A stretch of DNA of 63,802 bases, filler included, from Octopus bimaculoides (lineage: Eukaryota): assembly GCF_001194135.2 (NCBI RefSeq). It is 6 parts of 6 records of this genome, joined end to end, with 100 filler letters (N's around TTAATTAATTAA, not from the genome) between each part and the next. Parts side by side here need not be neighbours in the genome. Positions count along the whole stretch, not along the records: positions 54,355 to 62,249 come from NC_068986.1; positions 62,350 to 63,802 come from NC_068985.1; 4 more parts are not named here. The stretch is one strand, 5' to 3'. The notes beneath the pieces were generated by a model that was not told the origin of the DNA, made no database searches, and saw only the letters and a list, made by a program, of their open reading frames with translations. A program made the translations under genes and the position numbers. This document shows positions 60,279 through 63,802 of this stretch, piece after piece. Positions within the stretch are counted from its first letter, which is position 1. Each line of letters begins with the position of its first letter.

Positions 60279-60399
60279 CTCTAGAGTTTTGGCAAAATCA
60301 GTAGAGCTTCGGTAAAGAAATACCTTGCAGTATTTGATCCGGTGTTATATATTCTGCCAAATCACTGCCTTAGTGTGTGTATTAACATTTCTTTCTAAT

Positions 60400-61050
60400 T
60401 TTTGACAAAGCCAGCAACGTTGATAGGAAGATGAAATTGTTTACATAGACCCCACTCCCCAGTGCTCAACCAGTACTATTTCACCGATCCCGAAGGGTTG
60501 AAAGGTAAAGTCGACATTGGCTGAATGGGAACTCGAACATGACAGGCGAAATGCCACTAAGCATTTTGTCCAGCCTGCTGATTCAGCCAGCTCGCTGCCT
60601 TATTTTGCTTATATTAATACTGGTTTCAAATTTTGGCATAAGGCCAGCAATTTCGATCAGGGGATTAGTCAATCACATCGACTTATACTCAACTGGTACT
60701 TATTTTACGGATCCCGAAAAGATGAAAAGCAAAGTTGACCACGGCGGAATTTGAACTCAGAATGTAATGACAGATAAAATGTTGCTAAACATTTTGCCCG
60801 GCGTCCGAACAATCTGCCAGTCGCCGCCTTATTTTGCATATGGTAATATTCATTTCTACTTTCAGCACAAATCTCGAAATTTTGTGGGGAGGGGGCCAGT
60901 CGATTGGATCGACCCAGTACATAACTGGTACTTGATTTATCGAAAGCAAAGTCGACCTCGGCGGAATTTGAACTCAGAACGTAAAGACAGACGAAATACC
61001 GCTAAGCATATCGCCCGGCGTGCTAACGTTTCTGCCAGCTCACCGCCTTG
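60400..61050 (-). mobile_element. Three head-to-tail family A SINEs of graded divergence
   Basis: Copies at about 60400-60600, 60620-60830 and 60850-61050. Confidence 0.88.
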
Positions 61051-61972
61051 CTTATATTAATATTAAAGGCAAATATGTCGTGTGGACCGAACGCAAGCAA
61101 TAAGTTCTCCGAAAGAAGAGACAGCCTCGTTATTTTACATCCCAGTTGAAGTCATTAAACTTCATTCACGAAATTAATACATTTGAGAAAAAGCATCACC
61201 ACGAAAAACAAAAATTGTTCCCTTCAAATTTATGGCCTTGTGTCTAGCAAGAACGTCAATATTAAATATGAAACAAAGAAAACCTTGTAACGAGAGCTCA
61301 GTTTATAATTTTTATAAAAAGCAGACGATAGTTTTTGAACAGCCAGCATCTACAAAGACACACAATAACAGCTTTATTTTGCAACATTAAATGATGTTCT
61401 GTTCATGCGTATGTCTGAGTAATTTTTTCTCCTTTTGTGTTTGAGTGTGTGTATATTCGTGTTTGTTAAATTACGATGTAAAGGCAATCAAATACACTAT
61501 TTTCATTTGAATTTAGTCAATATTTTATTTACCACATTCGAAGTCATTTAATTTCACGCTTTCTCCCCACCAAAAAAATTGTCAAGAAGTAATATATTTT
61601 TGTTTTTATAATTACTGGTTTATCTACGTTTTGTGCGCTGTAATAAAATATCTACAACGAAATACAAATTTGTATTGCATTTTTATAATGGAAAACAAAT
61701 TAAAATCCAAAATGTTTCTGGCTCGTACGAAAACGAAGCAAAACGAAGACGATGATTCTGTTGAAATATTCGATTAATGTAAAGATGTAGATATAAGCAA
61801 AATGAAGTAGCTTCGTGTTAATAACTGCTTTCTATTCATATATGTGTATTTGCGTATTTGCGTGTGAGAGTGAGTGCGTGAGTGAGGATGTGTGTGTGTG
61901 TGTGTGTGCATATCTATCTATCTATATATATATATAAGTATATATATATATATAATTGTGTGCATGCATGCG

Positions 61973-62010
<38 letters not shown>

Positions 62011-62395
62011 TGTGTGTGTATGTATGTATACATATATGTATAAATACATATATACATACACATGTATATATTAGTGTACTTATACATGCACATAGACTTG
62101 TAAATATTATGAAGATCACTATGTACACACACACACAAACTTACAGAGATACAAATATATATACATACACGTGTGTACATGTGTAGGTATGTATATATAT
62201 TTTTGCTTGAGTATACATATATGTATGTGTGTGTGTATATATATATATANNNNNNNNNNNNNNNNNNNNNNNNNNNNNNNNNNNNNNNNNNNNTTAATTA
62301 ATTAANNNNNNNNNNNNNNNNNNNNNNNNNNNNNNNNNNNNNNNNNNNNTATTATTATCATCATCATCATCATTATTATTATTATTATTATTATT

Positions 62396-62581
62396 GTTCA
62401 GTAGTTTTATTTTTATAACGTGCTTTCACTTCACTACCGAGCGCAGCTCTGTGCGCCTTGGGTATGTGCTGTGGTTTGCTGTGGTGCTCTTATGTTTACT
62501 GTATTGAAAGTGTTTTCCGTAGGATGTGTGAAGTGCCCAGTAGTGCAATTTTCTGTACGTTATATATATTTGTAAGTCCTG

Positions 62582-62583
<2 letters not shown>
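62396..62583 (-). mobile_element. 5'-truncated R4/Dong-like non-LTR element: ORF end, 3' UTR and (AAT)n tail, inside a (TAA)n array
   Basis: 62582-62496 reads PGLTNIYNVQKIALLGTSHILRKTLSIQ*; about 100-nt UTR; (TTA)n on both sides. Confidence 0.85.
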
Positions 62584-62646
<63 letters not shown>

Positions 62647-63515
62647 CCCCTACATATGTTGCATCTTATCGCAAAATGATATTCCTTCATGACTGAGTGT
62701 GTTGTTTTTGTTTCTGTTTTTCCCAAATTTTTCGAAAGTTTTTTGCACAAAGTGGTTCTGTAAGTAACTGAATTATACTCCACCTACACAAGCATAAATA
62801 CTTTTAAAGGGACGTAATCAGAGAGAGGGGAAAAGACAGGTGAAGAGAGAGAGAGAGACTGACAGACAGATCACAGACAGACAGGCAGGCAAACAGGCAG
62901 GCAAGCAGACAGACAGCCTGACAGACAGGCAAGCTGACAGGCAGAGAGACAAAGGAAAACAGTTAGAAATTTGAGTTTGAATAGCAGTCATTTTATCTGG
63001 ATGACTAACAACAATACCACCTCCCATTAACACAAAATCATCATCATCATCAACGTCATCTTCATTACCGTCATCGTATCGTCATCATCGTCGTCGTCAT
63101 CGTCATCATCGTTATCGTCGTCGTCGTCATCACCTTCATTCCCCTCGTCCTCGTTTATCAGCGTTTATCATCAACAGTATTAGTAACGGTGATGATAATA
63201 ATGATGATGATGATAATGATGATGATGATGATGATGACAACGACGGCAGCGAACGGAAAATGAATAAATATTCTGATAAAAGATAACATATTTACGTTTA
63301 TGATGCTCATTTTAATAAAGAAACCATTTACCTTTGTTGATACTACCTCTGATAAACCGTGGAGAAGACTGAAGCTATATTCTCACCGTTTGTTTTGTTT
63401 TTGAATAAAAATAATAACAGTTCTACAAAACCATATGTATGTATGCATGTATGTATGTATGTATGTACACACATATGTATGCACCTAAGTATGTATACAT
63501 GCTAACAACCTTATA

Positions 63516-63555
<40 letters not shown>

Positions 63556-63756
63556 TTCGCTCATTTGACAGCCATCAATGTAGCTCATAACTGCCATGTT
63601 TTTAGATTGCAAATGGCGGTTCGAAAAGATAGCAATATTAAATGGCGTCGTGTAAAAACGTTATCGGTTAACATATTTCAACTCGCGTGATCTAACATCA
63701 GTGTTTAGCAATGTCCTCATTAGAGTACGTTTATAATACTCTCTCTCTCTCTCTCT

Positions 63757-63802
<46 letters not shown>

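Overview
AT-rich, gap-ridden draft eukaryotic scaffold. The SINE families and microsatellite load look like an octopus (coleoid cephalopod) genome; that is inference from pattern recall, not a database result. No host protein-coding gene can be firmly identified, and almost all ORFs in the six-frame track are microsatellite or N-gap artefacts. The window is intronic or intergenic DNA built from microsatellites, dozens of tRNA-derived SINEs (at least four families) and transposon relics: RTE-like, CR1/L2-like, R4/Dong-like, Tc1, hAT, Helitron-like and a possible Gypsy gag. The most notable content is fourfold. (1) A 7-kb cluster (45.7-52.9 kb) of Penelope-like retroelements (PLEs) apparently from three deep clades: a Hydra-like RT, two convergent Neptune-like RT+GIY-YIG copies, and a Naiad-like RT with an insertion-in-fingers domain. 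(2) Minimal type-I hammerhead ribozyme motifs at 16087, 26814 and (core-deleted) 58068; the first lies in a 335-bp retrozyme-sized unit bounded by a perfect 22-bp direct repeat. (3) Recurrent insertion of retroelement tails at the same motif in a SINE head, plus one 81-bp target duplication. (4) Perfect long hairpins (35 bp and 46 bp stems). Coordinates of degenerate repeats are approximate.
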